Position numbers and translations under genes: made by a program. A stretch of DNA of 64,000 nucleotides from Clostridia bacterium (GTDB lineage: Bacteria; Bacillota; Clostridia; Oscillospirales; CAG-272): assembly GCA_017451735.1 (NCBI GenBank), contig JAFTNU010000034.1:3519-67518 (forward strand). The letters are read 5' to 3'. The notes beneath the pieces were generated by a model. The model was not told the origin of the DNA, did not search any database, and was given only the letters and a program-made list of their open reading frames with translations. Numbering within the stretch: position 1 is the stretch's first letter; each line of letters opens with the position of its first letter. Positions 27,815-37,251 of this stretch are shown here, one piece after another.

Positions 27815-29296
27815 ATGAAATTTCAAAGCACCCGTGATCAAAATGCCGCAAAGTATTCTGCCGCGCAGGTCATCAAGCAAGGTCTGGCCGCCGATGGCGG
27901 TCTCTTTGTGCCCGAATCGATCCCCACACTGACCTTTGAGGAAATCGAGGCACTGCGCTCGGCGGATTATCCTACCCGTGCCGCCGGGATACTGGGCAAA
28001 TTCCTTTCGGATTATACCGAGGAAGAATTGCTTGCCGATTGCCGTGCCGCTTATGCCGAAACCTCCTTCGTGGGCGGCGCCGCACCTCTTGTGGCACTGG
28101 ATGATACCATCCACAGTCTGGAGCTTTGGCACGGCCCCACTGCGGCTTTCAAGGATATGGCGTTGCAAATCATGCCCCGTCTGCTCTCCCGTGCCCTTGT
28201 CAAGACCGGAGAGGAGCGTACCGCGCTGATCCTGGTGGCCACCTCGGGTGATACCGGAAAGGCCGCATTGGAGGGGTATAAGGATATCGACCGTATCAAG
28301 ATCGCTGTATTCTATCCCGTGGACGGCGTCAGCCGGGTGCAGAAACTGCAAATGCAGACCCAAACCGGTGATAACGTCTATGTATGTGCCATCAACGGTA
28401 ACTTCGACGATGCACAGACCGGTGTCAAGAAGATCTTTTCGGATAAGAACGCCGTTTCCTATCTGAACGACAAGGGCTACTTCTTCTCCTCTGCAAACTC
28501 CATCAACTGGGGGCGTCTTGCACCGCAGATCGTTTATTATGTATCCGCCTACTGCGACCTGTTAAACAAAGGCACCTTGAAGATGGGCGAAAAAATGAAT
28601 GTGACCGTTCCTACCGGCAACTTCGGCAACATTCTGGCCGCCTATATCGCAAAGCTCATGGGCCTACCCATTGACCGTCTGGTATGTGCCTCCAACCAGA
28701 ATAACGTGCTGACCGACTTTTTTAACACCGGCACATACGATCGTAACCGTACCTTCCATTTGACCATGTCGCCCTCGATGGACATCCTCATTTCCAGCAA
28801 TCTGGAGCGACTGATCTACTTTGTCGCCGGTGCCGAGCGCACGACCAAATACATGGAATCGCTCAACAAGACCGGCGCATACACCGTGGATGCCGATGTG
28901 AAGGCCAAGATCGACGAATCCTTCTGCGGCTTCTTTACCGACGAGGCCAAAACCGCCGACACCATTCGACGCACCATGGAGCGTTGTGGCTATCTTGCCG
29001 ATACCCATACCGCAGTAGCACTCTCTGCCGCCGAGCAGTACATCGCACAGACCGGTGACCGCAAGCCCATGGTGGTTGCCTCTACCGCAAGCCCCTACAA
29101 GTTTGCCAACGATGTTTATCGCTCGCTTTACGGCGAGACTCCCTCCGATCCTCTTGCTGCTCTGGATGAGCTCTCGGCGCGGACAAGCACCGAGATCCCT
29201 TATCCGCTTCGTGGAATCGGAGAACGCAAGGTGCGCTTTACCGACGTGGTTCCTTCTGCCGATATGTGGAAGGCTGTTCAGAAGTATCTGGGGTAA
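27815..29296 (+). CDS. thrC: Threonine synthase (long form)
   Basis: MKFQSTRD start, PTAAFKDMALQ (PLP lysine) and ATSGDTGKAA. Confidence 0.9.
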   Translation: MKFQSTRDQNAAKYSAAQVIKQGLAADGGLFVPESIPTLTFEEIEALRSADYPTRAAGILGKFLSDYTEEELLADCRAAYAETSFVGGAAPLVALDDTIHSLELWHGPTAAFKDMALQIMPRLLSRALVKTGEERTALILVATSGDTGKAALEGYKDIDRIKIAVFYPVDGVSRVQKLQMQTQTGDNVYVCAINGNFDDAQTGVKKIFSDKNAVSYLNDKGYFFSSANSINWGRLAPQIVYYVSAYCDLLNKGTLKMGEKMNVTVPTGNFGNILAAYIAKLMGLPIDRLVCASNQNNVLTDFFNTGTYDRNRTFHLTMSPSMDILISSNLERLIYFVAGAERTTKYMESLNKTGAYTVDADVKAKIDESFCGFFTDEAKTADTIRRTMERCGYLADTHTAVALSAAEQYIAQTGDRKPMVVASTASPYKFANDVYRSLYGETPSDPLAALDELSARTSTEIPYPLRGIGERKVRFTDVVPSADMWKAVQKYLG

Positions 29297-29297
29297 T

Positions 29298-29335
29298 GCA
29301 AAAAACAATACGGAGCGAAAAATCGCTCCGTATTG
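29298..29335 (-). terminator. Intrinsic terminator oriented for the DUF1540-like gene
   Basis: 13-bp stem CAATACGGAGCGA / TCGCTCCGTATTG with loop AAAA. The U-run (TTTTTTGC) is present only on the minus strand. Confidence 0.65.
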
Positions 29336-29350
29336 CAAGAAAAGATAAAA

Positions 29351-29530
29351 TCAGTCCTTCTTAGGCTTAAAAGTAGCGCACACGGTGTCAGTGCTGGAGG
29401 TTGCAAAGCTGGGACCGACAGCGATCTTTGCAGCGGTGCAATGACAGTCTCCCTCGTGATACTGACAGTTCTTTACATCACAGCTGATACCGCTATTTAC
29501 GGTGCCGTTGTTCTTTTCGTTCATTTCCAT
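29351..29530 (-). CDS. DUF1540-like small cysteine-rich protein (59 aa, below the ORF-track cutoff)
   Basis: My translation is MEMNEKNNGTVNSGISCDVKNCQYHEGDCHCTAAKIAVGPSFATSSTDTVCATFKPKKD. AAAGGAGA lies 10 nt before the ATG. The C-x-V-x-NC-x-Y ... C-x-A-x-x-I-x-V pattern matches DUF1540. Confidence 0.65.
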   Translation of the reverse strand: MEMNEKNNGTVNSGISCDVKNCQYHEGDCHCTAAKIAVGPSFATSSTDTVCATFKPKKD

Positions 29531-29613
29531 TACGATTTCATCTCCTTTCCCGGGATGTTATCAGTGTCCCCCGCTTTTGCATGAATTATACCGATTTTTT
29601 GAAAGGAGCCGAT

Positions 29614-30336
29614 ATGTCACTTTTTGTTATTGCCGATCTGCATTTATCCTGCGCTTCGGATCATCCCATGGACATATTCGGCGCCAGGTGGTGCGGCTAC
29701 ACCGAAAAATTATGTAAAAATTGGCGCGCCATTGTCAAAGAAAATGACTCGGTCGTGGTACCGGGGGATGTTTCTTGGGCCATGAACCTGGCCGAAGCTA
29801 AAGCGGATTTTTCTCTGTTGGAATCTCTGCCGGGGCAAAAGTACCTGGGCAAGGGCAACCACGATTTCTGGTGGGAGACCGCCGCCAAAATGGGGCGCTT
29901 TTTTGATGAAAATGACATTTCTTCCCTGCACCTTCTTTACAACAATGCGTATGTGATCGAAAATTACATCATCTGCGGTACCCGCGGGTGGTTTGCGGAG
30001 GAAGGACAGCAACAGACCGTGGGCGAGGTCGATTATGCCAAGATCGTCAACCGAGAGGTGTTGCGGTTAAAGCTCAGTCTGGATGCCGCCGTTGCGTTGC
30101 GCCGCGGGGAACACGCAGATAAGGAAATTTTGGTTTTTCTTCATTTTCCGCCCGTTTGGAACGGCTTTGAGTGTGGTGAAATACTGGAGCTTTTGAAAAG
30201 TTACGGCATCCGCCGTTGCTACCACGGTCATATACACGGTGTTTATACCGCCCCTGCCACACGGCAGATCGGTAACCTTACTTTGACGATGATCTCGTCG
30301 GATTTTCTTGATTTTTCCCCTTTGCGTATTTTGTAA
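29614..30336 (+). CDS. Metallophosphoesterase family protein
   Basis: LFVIADLHLS, PGDVSW, GKGNHDFWW and FLHFPP motifs. GAAAGGAG before ATG 29614. Confidence 0.8.
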   Translation: MSLFVIADLHLSCASDHPMDIFGARWCGYTEKLCKNWRAIVKENDSVVVPGDVSWAMNLAEAKADFSLLESLPGQKYLGKGNHDFWWETAAKMGRFFDENDISSLHLLYNNAYVIENYIICGTRGWFAEEGQQQTVGEVDYAKIVNREVLRLKLSLDAAVALRRGEHADKEILVFLHFPPVWNGFECGEILELLKSYGIRRCYHGHIHGVYTAPATRQIGNLTLTMISSDFLDFSPLRIL

Positions 30337-30379
30337 AGGCGAAAAAACCGATGTTTCACTGTTATTTTGTGGAAAACTC

Positions 30380-30408
30380 TTGACAAACGCCACGGAAAAC
30401 AGTAAAAT
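30380..30408 (+). promoter_or_regulatory. Sigma-A promoter of tig (TTGACA-17-TAAAAT)
   Basis: -35 at 30380-85 and -10 at 30403-08. Confidence 0.65.
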
Positions 30409-30448
30409 ATACGATGTATGAAATTTTCAATCTCTGGAGGATGAAAAA

Positions 30449-31888
30449 ATGAAATTGGTCAAAGCTGAAAAAATCGAGGCAAGCAAGTACGAGCTGCAGA
30501 TCTCGGTTGATACGGCGACTTTTGAGGCGGCTGTAAACAAGGCGTTTCAAAAGGAAGGTAAGAAAATGAGCATTCCCGGTTTCCGTAAGGGCAAGGCTCC
30601 GCGTGCCATCATCGAGAAGATGTACGGAAAGGGCGTGTTCTATGAAACCGCCATTAACGATCTCATCCCCGATGCGTACAGCAAAGCTCTTGAGGAATCC
30701 AAAATCAGCCCTGTGGCTCAGCCCGAGTTTGATATCGTTTCTCTTGATGACAACGGTCTGGTGCTCTCCGCCAAGGTCTTTGTAAAGCCCGATGTTGAGA
30801 TAGCCGATTATCTGGGACTTGCCGTTACCCGTACCGTTGCTCCCGTCACCGATGAGGAGGTTGATCGCGAGATCGAAACGGTTCGTGAGCGCAATTCCCG
30901 CGAGACCGAGGTGCTCGGCCGTGCTGCCGAAACCGGCGACACCGCCGTGATCGATTATGAAGGCTTCTGCGAAGGTAAGGCATTCGACGGCGGCAAGGGT
31001 GAGGACTACGCTCTCAAGCTGGGCTCCAATACCTTTATTCCCGGCTTTGAGGATCAGATCGTCGGCAAGAAGATCGACGAGGAGTTTGATGTAAATGTTA
31101 CCTTCCCCACCGAGTATCATGCCAAGGAGCTTGCCGGCAAGCCTGCTGTATTCAAGTGCAAGCTGCACGCCCTGACCCGCACCGAGCTCCCCGAGCTTGA
31201 TGACGAGTTTGCAAAGGATGTTTCCGAATTTGACACCTTTGCTGAATACAAGGCCGATATGAAGGCAAAGATCGAGAAAAGACACACCGACAGCGCCAAT
31301 GCCGCCGCCGATGAAAAGCTGGTCGATGCTCTCATTGAGAAGCTGAACGCCGATATTCCCGCCCCCATGTTCGATGCCGAGGCCGAGAACTTCCTGCGTG
31401 ATTACGACATGAGACTCCGTCAGTCCGGTCTTGATCTCAACACCTATATCAAGTACACCGGCATGACTCTTGACGGCCTGCGCGAGCAGTTCCGTCCCCA
31501 GGCAGAGCGTCAGGTCAAGGCTCGTCTGGCCCTGGAAAAGATTGCCGAGATCGAAAAGCTCGAGGCAACCGAAGAGGACATCAATGCCGAATATCAGCGC
31601 ATTGCCGATGCATACAATATGCCTGTGGATCAGGTGAAGGAAAGCATCCCCAACGATGCCATCACCGACGATATGCGTGTGAAGAAGGCCATGGATCTGG
31701 TTCGCGAAAAGGCCGTGATCACGGATGAGGCTCCCAAAGCGGAAAAGAAGCCCGCAACCAAAAAGGCTCCTGCCAAGAAAACCACTGCGGCCAAGAAGGC
31801 TGAGGGTGAGGATGCCGAAAAAGCTCCCGCCAAAAAGCCCGCTGCAAAAAAGACCACTGCCAAGAAAGATGCCGACAAGGCCGAATAA
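30449..31888 (+). CDS. tig: Trigger factor with a Lys/Ala-rich C-terminal tail
   Basis: SIPGFRKGKAP ribosome-binding signature and an FKBP-type PPIase middle domain. Gene order is tig-clpP-clpX. Confidence 0.93.
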   Translation: MKLVKAEKIEASKYELQISVDTATFEAAVNKAFQKEGKKMSIPGFRKGKAPRAIIEKMYGKGVFYETAINDLIPDAYSKALEESKISPVAQPEFDIVSLDDNGLVLSAKVFVKPDVEIADYLGLAVTRTVAPVTDEEVDREIETVRERNSRETEVLGRAAETGDTAVIDYEGFCEGKAFDGGKGEDYALKLGSNTFIPGFEDQIVGKKIDEEFDVNVTFPTEYHAKELAGKPAVFKCKLHALTRTELPELDDEFAKDVSEFDTFAEYKADMKAKIEKRHTDSANAAADEKLVDALIEKLNADIPAPMFDAEAENFLRDYDMRLRQSGLDLNTYIKYTGMTLDGLREQFRPQAERQVKARLALEKIAEIEKLEATEEDINAEYQRIADAYNMPVDQVKESIPNDAITDDMRVKKAMDLVREKAVITDEAPKAEKKPATKKAPAKKTTAAKKAEGEDAEKAPAKKPAAKKTTAKKDADKAE

Positions 31889-31900
31889 TCTATGACCCAC

Positions 31901-31927
31901 GTAGCCGCGGCAGATTGTCGCGGCTAC
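31901..31927 (+). terminator. GC-rich hairpin between tig and clpP (weak or partial terminator)
   Basis: GTAGCCGCG - 9-nt loop - CGCGGCTAC, with no clear U-run after it. Confidence 0.35.
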
Positions 31928-31981
31928 TATGCTACTTGCATATATCGGAAAATATCATTTTACGGAGGTTAGAAAAGAATT

Positions 31982-32587
31982 ATGATGGATTTTTTCCGCA
32001 ATAACGCCCTTGTTCCCATGGTTGTTGAGCAAACCGGCCATGGTGAGCGTTCCTTTGACATTTTTTCCCGTCTGCTCAATGACCGCATCGTATTTCTTTC
32101 CGACGAAGTCAATGACACCACCGCATCCCTTGTGGTAGCACAGATGCTCTTTCTCGAAGCACAGGATCCCGATAAGGATATTTCCTTTTATATCAACAGC
32201 CCCGGCGGCTCCGTAACAGCAGGTATGGCGATCTACGACACCATGAACTACATCAAGTGCGACGTTTCCACCATCTGCATTGGTATGGCCGCATCCATGG
32301 GCGCATTTCTGCTTTCTTCCGGCACCAAGGGCAAACGCCTGGCACTCCCCAACAGTGAGATCATGATCCATCAACCCTTGGGCGGTGCAAAGGGTCAGGC
32401 CTCTGACATCAAGATCCAGGCCGACCTGATCCTGCGTACCCGCGATACACTGAATCGCATTCTTGCTGAAAACACAGGTAAATCTGTGGAGGAAATCGCC
32501 CGCGATACCGACCGCGACAATTTCATGACCGCAGACCAGGCGCTTGCTTACGGTCTGGTAGACAAAGTACTCGCAAAGCGCGCCTAA
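31982..32587 (+). CDS. clpP: ATP-dependent Clp protease proteolytic subunit
   Basis: [22 protein letters not shown] and the catalytic [11 protein letters not shown] and IMIHQP motifs. Confidence 0.95.
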   Translation: MMDFFRNNALVPMVVEQTGHGERSFDIFSRLLNDRIVFLSDEVNDTTASLVVAQMLFLEAQDPDKDISFYINSPGGSVTAGMAIYDTMNYIKCDVSTICIGMAASMGAFLLSSGTKGKRLALPNSEIMIHQPLGGAKGQASDIKIQADLILRTRDTLNRILAENTGKSVEEIARDTDRDNFMTADQALAYGLVDKVLAKRA

Positions 32588-32612
32588 TATTTTTAACGAC
32601 AAAGAGGTTATC

Positions 32613-33941
32613 ATGGCAAATACGACCACGAACAAGGGCGGACATTCTTCTCGTTACTGCTCTTTTTGCGGCAGAAATGAAAATCAGGCAAATTTTCTGA
32701 TCCCTTCCCCTACAGGCCTTTATATCTGCGATTACTGCGTGGATGCCTGTGCGGAATTGATCAGCGAGACAGAAGAACAGACTGCAAATCATAGCGGCTT
32801 TACTTTGGATACGCTTCCCCGTCCCACGCAGATCAAGGCCGCTCTGGATGAGTATGTCATCGGCCAGGACGAGGCCAAGGTCGCCCTTTCGGTGGCGGTT
32901 TATAATCACTATAAGCGTGTCCTTTATGCCGAGCAAAGCACACCGCATAAAAAAGGCAATAAAAATACTGCTGCCACCAACGAAAACGGTGTGGAGCTGC
33001 AAAAAAGCAACGTGCTTCTGCTGGGCCCTACGGGTGTGGGAAAAACCTATCTGGCCCAGACTCTGGCCAAGACGCTGCAGGTTCCCTTTGCCATTGCCGA
33101 TGCTACCACGCTGACCGAGGCCGGTTATGTAGGCGAAGATGTAGAAAATATACTTCTGCGCCTCATTCAGGCGGCAGATTTCGATATTTCTCTGGCAGAA
33201 CGCGGCATCATTTATATTGATGAAATCGATAAGATCGCCCGAAAGAGCGAGAACCGATCCATTACCCGCGACGTCTCGGGTGAGGGGGTTCAGCAGGCAT
33301 TGTTGAAAATTCTCGAGGGAACGGTGGCCAATGTGCCGCCGCAGGGCGGACGCAAGCACCCCAATCAGGAATTCATTCAGATCAACACCAAAAACATCCT
33401 GTTTATTTGCGGTGGTGCTTTTGAAGGCTTGGATAAGGTTATTGAAAGACGCAAAGGCAATCATACGGTCGGCTTTGGCAGTGAGATTCTCAAAAAAGAA
33501 GAAAAAAAGCAAGTGGGCATCTATCGGGATGTTTTGCCTCACGATATTGTCAAGTACGGCCTGATTCCCGAATTGGTGGGACGTATCCCCGTGATCGTTT
33601 CTTTGAATGAGCTGGACAAGAGTGCCTTGGTGCGTATCATCAGCGAACCCAAAAATTCTCTGGTGCGTCAGTACCAAAAGCTATTTGAGATGGACGGTGT
33701 TCGTCTGACCTTTGCGGAAGGTGCCATGGAGGCGATTGCCGAGCTGGCATTGGAGCGGAATACCGGTGCCCGCGGACTTCGTGCCATCATGGAAAATATG
33801 ATGCAGGAGACCATGTATGAGATTCCCGCCCGCAAGGACGTGGCAGAGGTGGTTATCACCCCCGATTCGGTACGCGGCAAAAAGCCGCCGGAATATGTTC
33901 TTCTGCGCGAAACCGCTCTTGACATCACCGAAGGTGCTTAA
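32613..33941 (+). CDS. clpX: ATP-dependent Clp protease ATP-binding subunit ClpX
   Basis: N-terminal zinc finger CSFCG...CDYC, Walker A GPTGVGKT, and IYIDEIDKI. Confidence 0.95.
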   Translation: MANTTTNKGGHSSRYCSFCGRNENQANFLIPSPTGLYICDYCVDACAELISETEEQTANHSGFTLDTLPRPTQIKAALDEYVIGQDEAKVALSVAVYNHYKRVLYAEQSTPHKKGNKNTAATNENGVELQKSNVLLLGPTGVGKTYLAQTLAKTLQVPFAIADATTLTEAGYVGEDVENILLRLIQAADFDISLAERGIIYIDEIDKIARKSENRSITRDVSGEGVQQALLKILEGTVANVPPQGGRKHPNQEFIQINTKNILFICGGAFEGLDKVIERRKGNHTVGFGSEILKKEEKKQVGIYRDVLPHDIVKYGLIPELVGRIPVIVSLNELDKSALVRIISEPKNSLVRQYQKLFEMDGVRLTFAEGAMEAIAELALERNTGARGLRAIMENMMQETMYEIPARKDVAEVVITPDSVRGKKPPEYVLLRETALDITEGA

Positions 33942-33947
33942 AACGCG

Positions 33948-33982
33948 CCGTGACCCCTTTGGGGTCACGGCTGCTTTCGTTT
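33948..33982 (+). terminator. Intrinsic terminator after clpX
   Basis: CCGTGACCCC - TTT - GGGGTCACGG followed by CTGCTTTCGTTT. Confidence 0.7.
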
Positions 33983-33995
33983 ACAGAATCTTTGC

Positions 33996-34024
33996 TTGAT
34001 TTTTATGTCGTTTTATGTTACAAT
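33996..34024 (+). promoter_or_regulatory. Putative sigma-A promoter (TTGATT-17-TGtTACAAT)
   Basis: -35 at 33996-34001 and an extended -10 at 34016-24. Confidence 0.55.
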
Positions 34025-34085
34025 AACAATGTTATTGGTATAAATACCCCTTTTGCCCCCATATAGTGATGTTGGGGGTGATATC

Positions 34086-34631
34086 ATGAACAAAAAACGG
34101 GAACCGACTGATGGTGATAACGTCACTTCCAGGCTTTTTCTGCGTTTTTTTATCTGCTATCTGATTGCAACACCCGTAGCGGTGCTCTGTGCCCTTCGCG
34201 GCGTGTTGCAGGTATCCTTTGAGCGGGCAGGCCTGGTTGAATTTCTGTTTGTGCCACTGGCACTGTTGGGGGCACTACTGACCGTTACCAAGCCTTACTT
34301 ATTACTGCTTTCGGCGGCAAAAGCATTTTATGATGTGGCGATTCTCTATCAAGTAACTCAATGGACTCGGTTGGGTGCAATTGGGATTCTGCCTTGGAAC
34401 GCCTGCTTCTTCCTTCTGGTATTTTCCCTTTTGCTATTTTCCCTTGCTGCCGCCCGTGCCGAGCTTTTCTCTTTCCTTTGTACGGCACGGGATACGCGAC
34501 TGATTTTTTCACGTCCCTTCGGTCGCTATTTACTGGAAGGACTGCTTTTTACCGCTTTGGCGCTTTCTCTTTACTATCTTGTGCCGGAGATCCTTGCCAC
34601 CTTTGGCATGATATCCATCCCGTTTTCATAA
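34086..34631 (+). CDS. Hypothetical polytopic membrane protein
   Basis: ATG 34086 lies after GGGGGTGA. Four to five hydrophobic segments. Family not recognised. Confidence 0.6.
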   Translation: MNKKREPTDGDNVTSRLFLRFFICYLIATPVAVLCALRGVLQVSFERAGLVEFLFVPLALLGALLTVTKPYLLLLSAAKAFYDVAILYQVTQWTRLGAIGILPWNACFFLLVFSLLLFSLAAARAELFSFLCTARDTRLIFSRPFGRYLLEGLLFTALALSLYYLVPEILATFGMISIPFS

Positions 34632-34652
34632 AACGATCGGAAAGGAAGTCAC

Positions 34653-35684
34653 ATGGAAAACGAAAAGAAAAAGAAATTCTTTGGGCGTAACACCGACCGC
34701 CCCGACGCGGTAGCCGAAGATACCACACCGACTCTACGATACTTTTTTAAGCTTCTTTGGCGCAAGCTCGGTAAGCTGATGTCCCTCAATCTGATGATGG
34801 TGGTACAATATGTTCCCCTGATCGCCGCGGTTATTATCTACCTTTTCGGTGATACCATGCCCACGGTGGAGAGTGCCATGTATGCGCCCTTGCTTGGTGT
34901 CAGTATTGCGGGAGGCTCTCCCACGACCAATCTGTTATTGGGTACATTCTCGCGACAGCTCAACATTCCTGTTCTGACCCCCGGCCGCACAGTCGCCATC
35001 ATTCTGCTGATTGCCTTTACGGTGCTGACCTGGGGATGGCAGAATGTAGGGGCTACTTACAATCTGCGTAGTCTGGTGCGCGGAGACTCCTGCTTTCTCT
35101 TTTCCGATTACTTTTATGCAATTCGCCGCAATCTGAAGCAAGGCTTTTTCTTTGGCATTCTGGATATCCTTGTCATTTTTGTGCTTGCCTTTGATTTCTT
35201 CTATTTCAGTGCCCTGGCCGATACCTTTATTTTCGGTGTCATGTACATTCTGTTCATTGTTCTGGCATTTGTTTATACCGTGATGCGGTTCTACATCTAC
35301 CACATGATGATCACCTTTGATCTGTCAATCCGCAAAATCTTGAAGAATGCTTTGATCTTTGTGGCATTGGGCATCAAACGAAATGCAGTGGCGCTGATCG
35401 GTTTGGTTGCAGTGATCGGGGTGAATGTAGCCTTGATCGTTCCCAGTCTCAGTGTTGGCTTTTCCCTCCCGTTGATCCTTCCCCTGTTCTATCTCCCCGC
35501 TCTGGCCGGATTCATTGCCGCATATGCCGCATGGCCTGTCATTCAGCGATATATGATCGACGCTTATAACGAATCCAAGCCCGAAGATCCGGACGATTCT
35601 TCTCCCGTAGAGGAGGAAGATCAGGTTACGGAAAGCGAGAAGAGTGACACCGAGGTCACCCTTCCCCCTCCAACAGTTGACTGA
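34653..35684 (+). CDS. DUF624/YesL-like membrane protein with an acidic C-terminal tail
   Basis: N-terminal FFKLLWRKLGKLMSLNLMMVV resembles the YesL/DUF624 start. Multiple TM segments. The tail PEDPDDSSPVEEEDQVTESEKSD is acidic. Confidence 0.55.
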   Translation: MENEKKKKFFGRNTDRPDAVAEDTTPTLRYFFKLLWRKLGKLMSLNLMMVVQYVPLIAAVIIYLFGDTMPTVESAMYAPLLGVSIAGGSPTTNLLLGTFSRQLNIPVLTPGRTVAIILLIAFTVLTWGWQNVGATYNLRSLVRGDSCFLFSDYFYAIRRNLKQGFFFGILDILVIFVLAFDFFYFSALADTFIFGVMYILFIVLAFVYTVMRFYIYHMMITFDLSIRKILKNALIFVALGIKRNAVALIGLVAVIGVNVALIVPSLSVGFSLPLILPLFYLPALAGFIAAYAAWPVIQRYMIDAYNESKPEDPDDSSPVEEEDQVTESEKSDTEVTLPPPTVD

Positions 35685-36321
35685 CTGTTACAAATTCATA
35701 GCCCAACTCGCGAAGCATCGGAATGATTTGCCGCAACGCTTCGGGGGTTGGGCTGTTTTTTCCGATGAAATCGTGCATGAGGATGATAGAGCCGTTTTTG
35801 GTATTATGCCGTACATTGTTACAGATCTCGCTGATGGGCGTATGCGCCCAATCCCGTGTGTCTACGCTCCACATGACAATGGTCATATCCGCATTGCCGC
35901 AGATCTCTTTCACATCACCGTTGCAAACCCCCTCGGGCGGGCGGAAATAACGCGGTTTTTGCTCGGTGATCTTTTCAATGGCATTGCTGCAAAGCGAGAT
36001 ATCCCGTAACAGTGTTTCGGTGCTCATTTTAGCCACATGATAATGATTGTAGGTGTGATTTCCCAATTCATGCCCTTCTTCCACAATACGGCGAATCAAT
36101 TGAGGATAGGTTTCAACATTGACGCCAACGGCAAAAAAGGTAGCCGGTATGCCAAACTCCTTTAAAATATCCAGAATGATGGGCGTATATCGAGGATGCG
36201 GTCCGTCATCAAATGTCAGTGCGATCTGGGCCTTACCGGTTTTGGAGGCATAACGGTAGATCACCTGCGCCTGGGCGGCGGTTTTGCATGAAAATACACA
36301 CAGAAGCAAGCAAACGATCAT
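35656..36321 (-). CDS. Polysaccharide deacetylase family protein (NodB domain)
   Basis: ALTFDDGPHP, GHELGNHTYNH and YFRPPEG motifs. ATG 36321 lies 7 nt after GAGGAGG and has a signal-like N-terminus. Confidence 0.8.
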   Translation of the reverse strand: MIVCLLLCVFSCKTAAQAQVIYRYASKTGKAQIALTFDDGPHPRYTPIILDILKEFGIPATFFAVGVNVETYPQLIRRIVEEGHELGNHTYNHYHVAKMSTETLLRDISLCSNAIEKITEQKPRYFRPPEGVCNGDVKEICGNADMTIVMWSVDTRDWAHTPISEICNNVRHNTKNGSIILMHDFIGKNSPTPEALRQIIPMLRELGYEFVTVSQLLEGEG

Positions 36322-36350
36322 CGCACAACCTCCTCGCCGCAGGATACAAC

Positions 36351-37127
36351 TCAACCGCCGCACAGCTCATCCAGAGTACCAAAACGGTACCCTTCCTCCT
36401 TAAGTGCCGCGATCAGACGCGGAAGGATCTCGGCATTGGTGGCGGAGGTGGGGTGCAGTAAGAGCACCGCTCCGTTGTGGACATTGTCAAGAATACAGCG
36501 CAAGGCGGCATCCGGCGCCATCTGACGGGCATTATCCCAATCGGCGTAGGCAAAACTCCAGAACACTGTTTTGTACCCAAGCTCCTGCACATTTTCCAAT
36601 AACTCCTTTGAAAAGCTGCCCTCGGGCGGTCTGAAATAGGGCGAAGTGGTGATCCCCGCATCCAGACAAGCCTTCTCCAGCTCCTCTAACTCACTTTTGA
36701 TTTTTTCTTTTGATGCTCCCGACAGATTGGGATGATGAGCCGTATGATTGCAGACCAAATGTCCTTCTTCATTCATGCGACGCACCAGATCGGCATTAGC
36801 CTCTACCAAATGCTTCAATATGAAAAACGCCCCCGGAGTCTGTGTTTCTTTCAGCGTATCCAGAACCTTTTCCACATTGCCATTTTCATAACCGGCATCA
36901 AAGGTGAGATAAACGACCTTTTCCCGGGCCCCGTCACCATGAGCATGGTCGATATAATATCCTCCGCACTCCTCTACAAAACGCAATTCGGGAGCCGCCA
37001 GAGCCTGTCGATGGGCCTTTTGTCTTGTACAGTACCAGTGCAATTCACTGCCGATGGCGCCGGATTGCAATGTCAAGCAAAAAATCATTGTGAACGCGGT
37101 GCACAGAGCGAATAACCTTTTTTTCAT
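36351..37127 (-). CDS. pdaA: PdaA-like polysaccharide deacetylase (delta-lactam-biosynthetic de-N-acetylase family)
   Basis: VYLTFDAGYENGN, EGHLVCNHTAHHPNL and YFRPPEGSFS resemble PdaA. ATG 37127 lies after AAGGAG and encodes a signal peptide (MKKRLFALCTAF). Confidence 0.7.
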   Translation of the reverse strand: MKKRLFALCTAFTMIFCLTLQSGAIGSELHWYCTRQKAHRQALAAPELRFVEECGGYYIDHAHGDGAREKVVYLTFDAGYENGNVEKVLDTLKETQTPGAFFILKHLVEANADLVRRMNEEGHLVCNHTAHHPNLSGASKEKIKSELEELEKACLDAGITTSPYFRPPEGSFSKELLENVQELGYKTVFWSFAYADWDNARQMAPDAALRCILDNVHNGAVLLLHPTSATNAEILPRLIAALKEEGYRFGTLDELCGG

Positions 37128-37201
37128 CTTTCTCAACTCCTTTTGATTTTAGTTTCTCTCTTGCCCGACTTTTGAACCGATTCAATTTATGGGTGAAAAG
37201 G

Positions 37202-37238
37202 AAAAAGGATTTCGACAAAATCGGCCGAAATCCTTTTT
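37202..37238 (-). terminator. Intrinsic terminator after the DMT-like transporter gene
   Basis: AAAAAGGATTTCG ... CGAAATCCTTTTT, with a T-run on the minus strand. Confidence 0.7.
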
Positions 37239-37251
37239 GAACTATTTTAAT

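Noticed and set aside
31889-31981. Looked for a CtsR operator (GGTCAAA direct repeat) or CIRCE element upstream of clpP.
   Set aside because: Neither motif is present. There is only a GC hairpin without a U-run.
37128-37200. Sigma-G-like promoter upstream of the pdaA-like gene (TGAATC ... GAAACTA).
   Set aside because: The spacing is 22 nt rather than 17-18, and the -10 match is poor.
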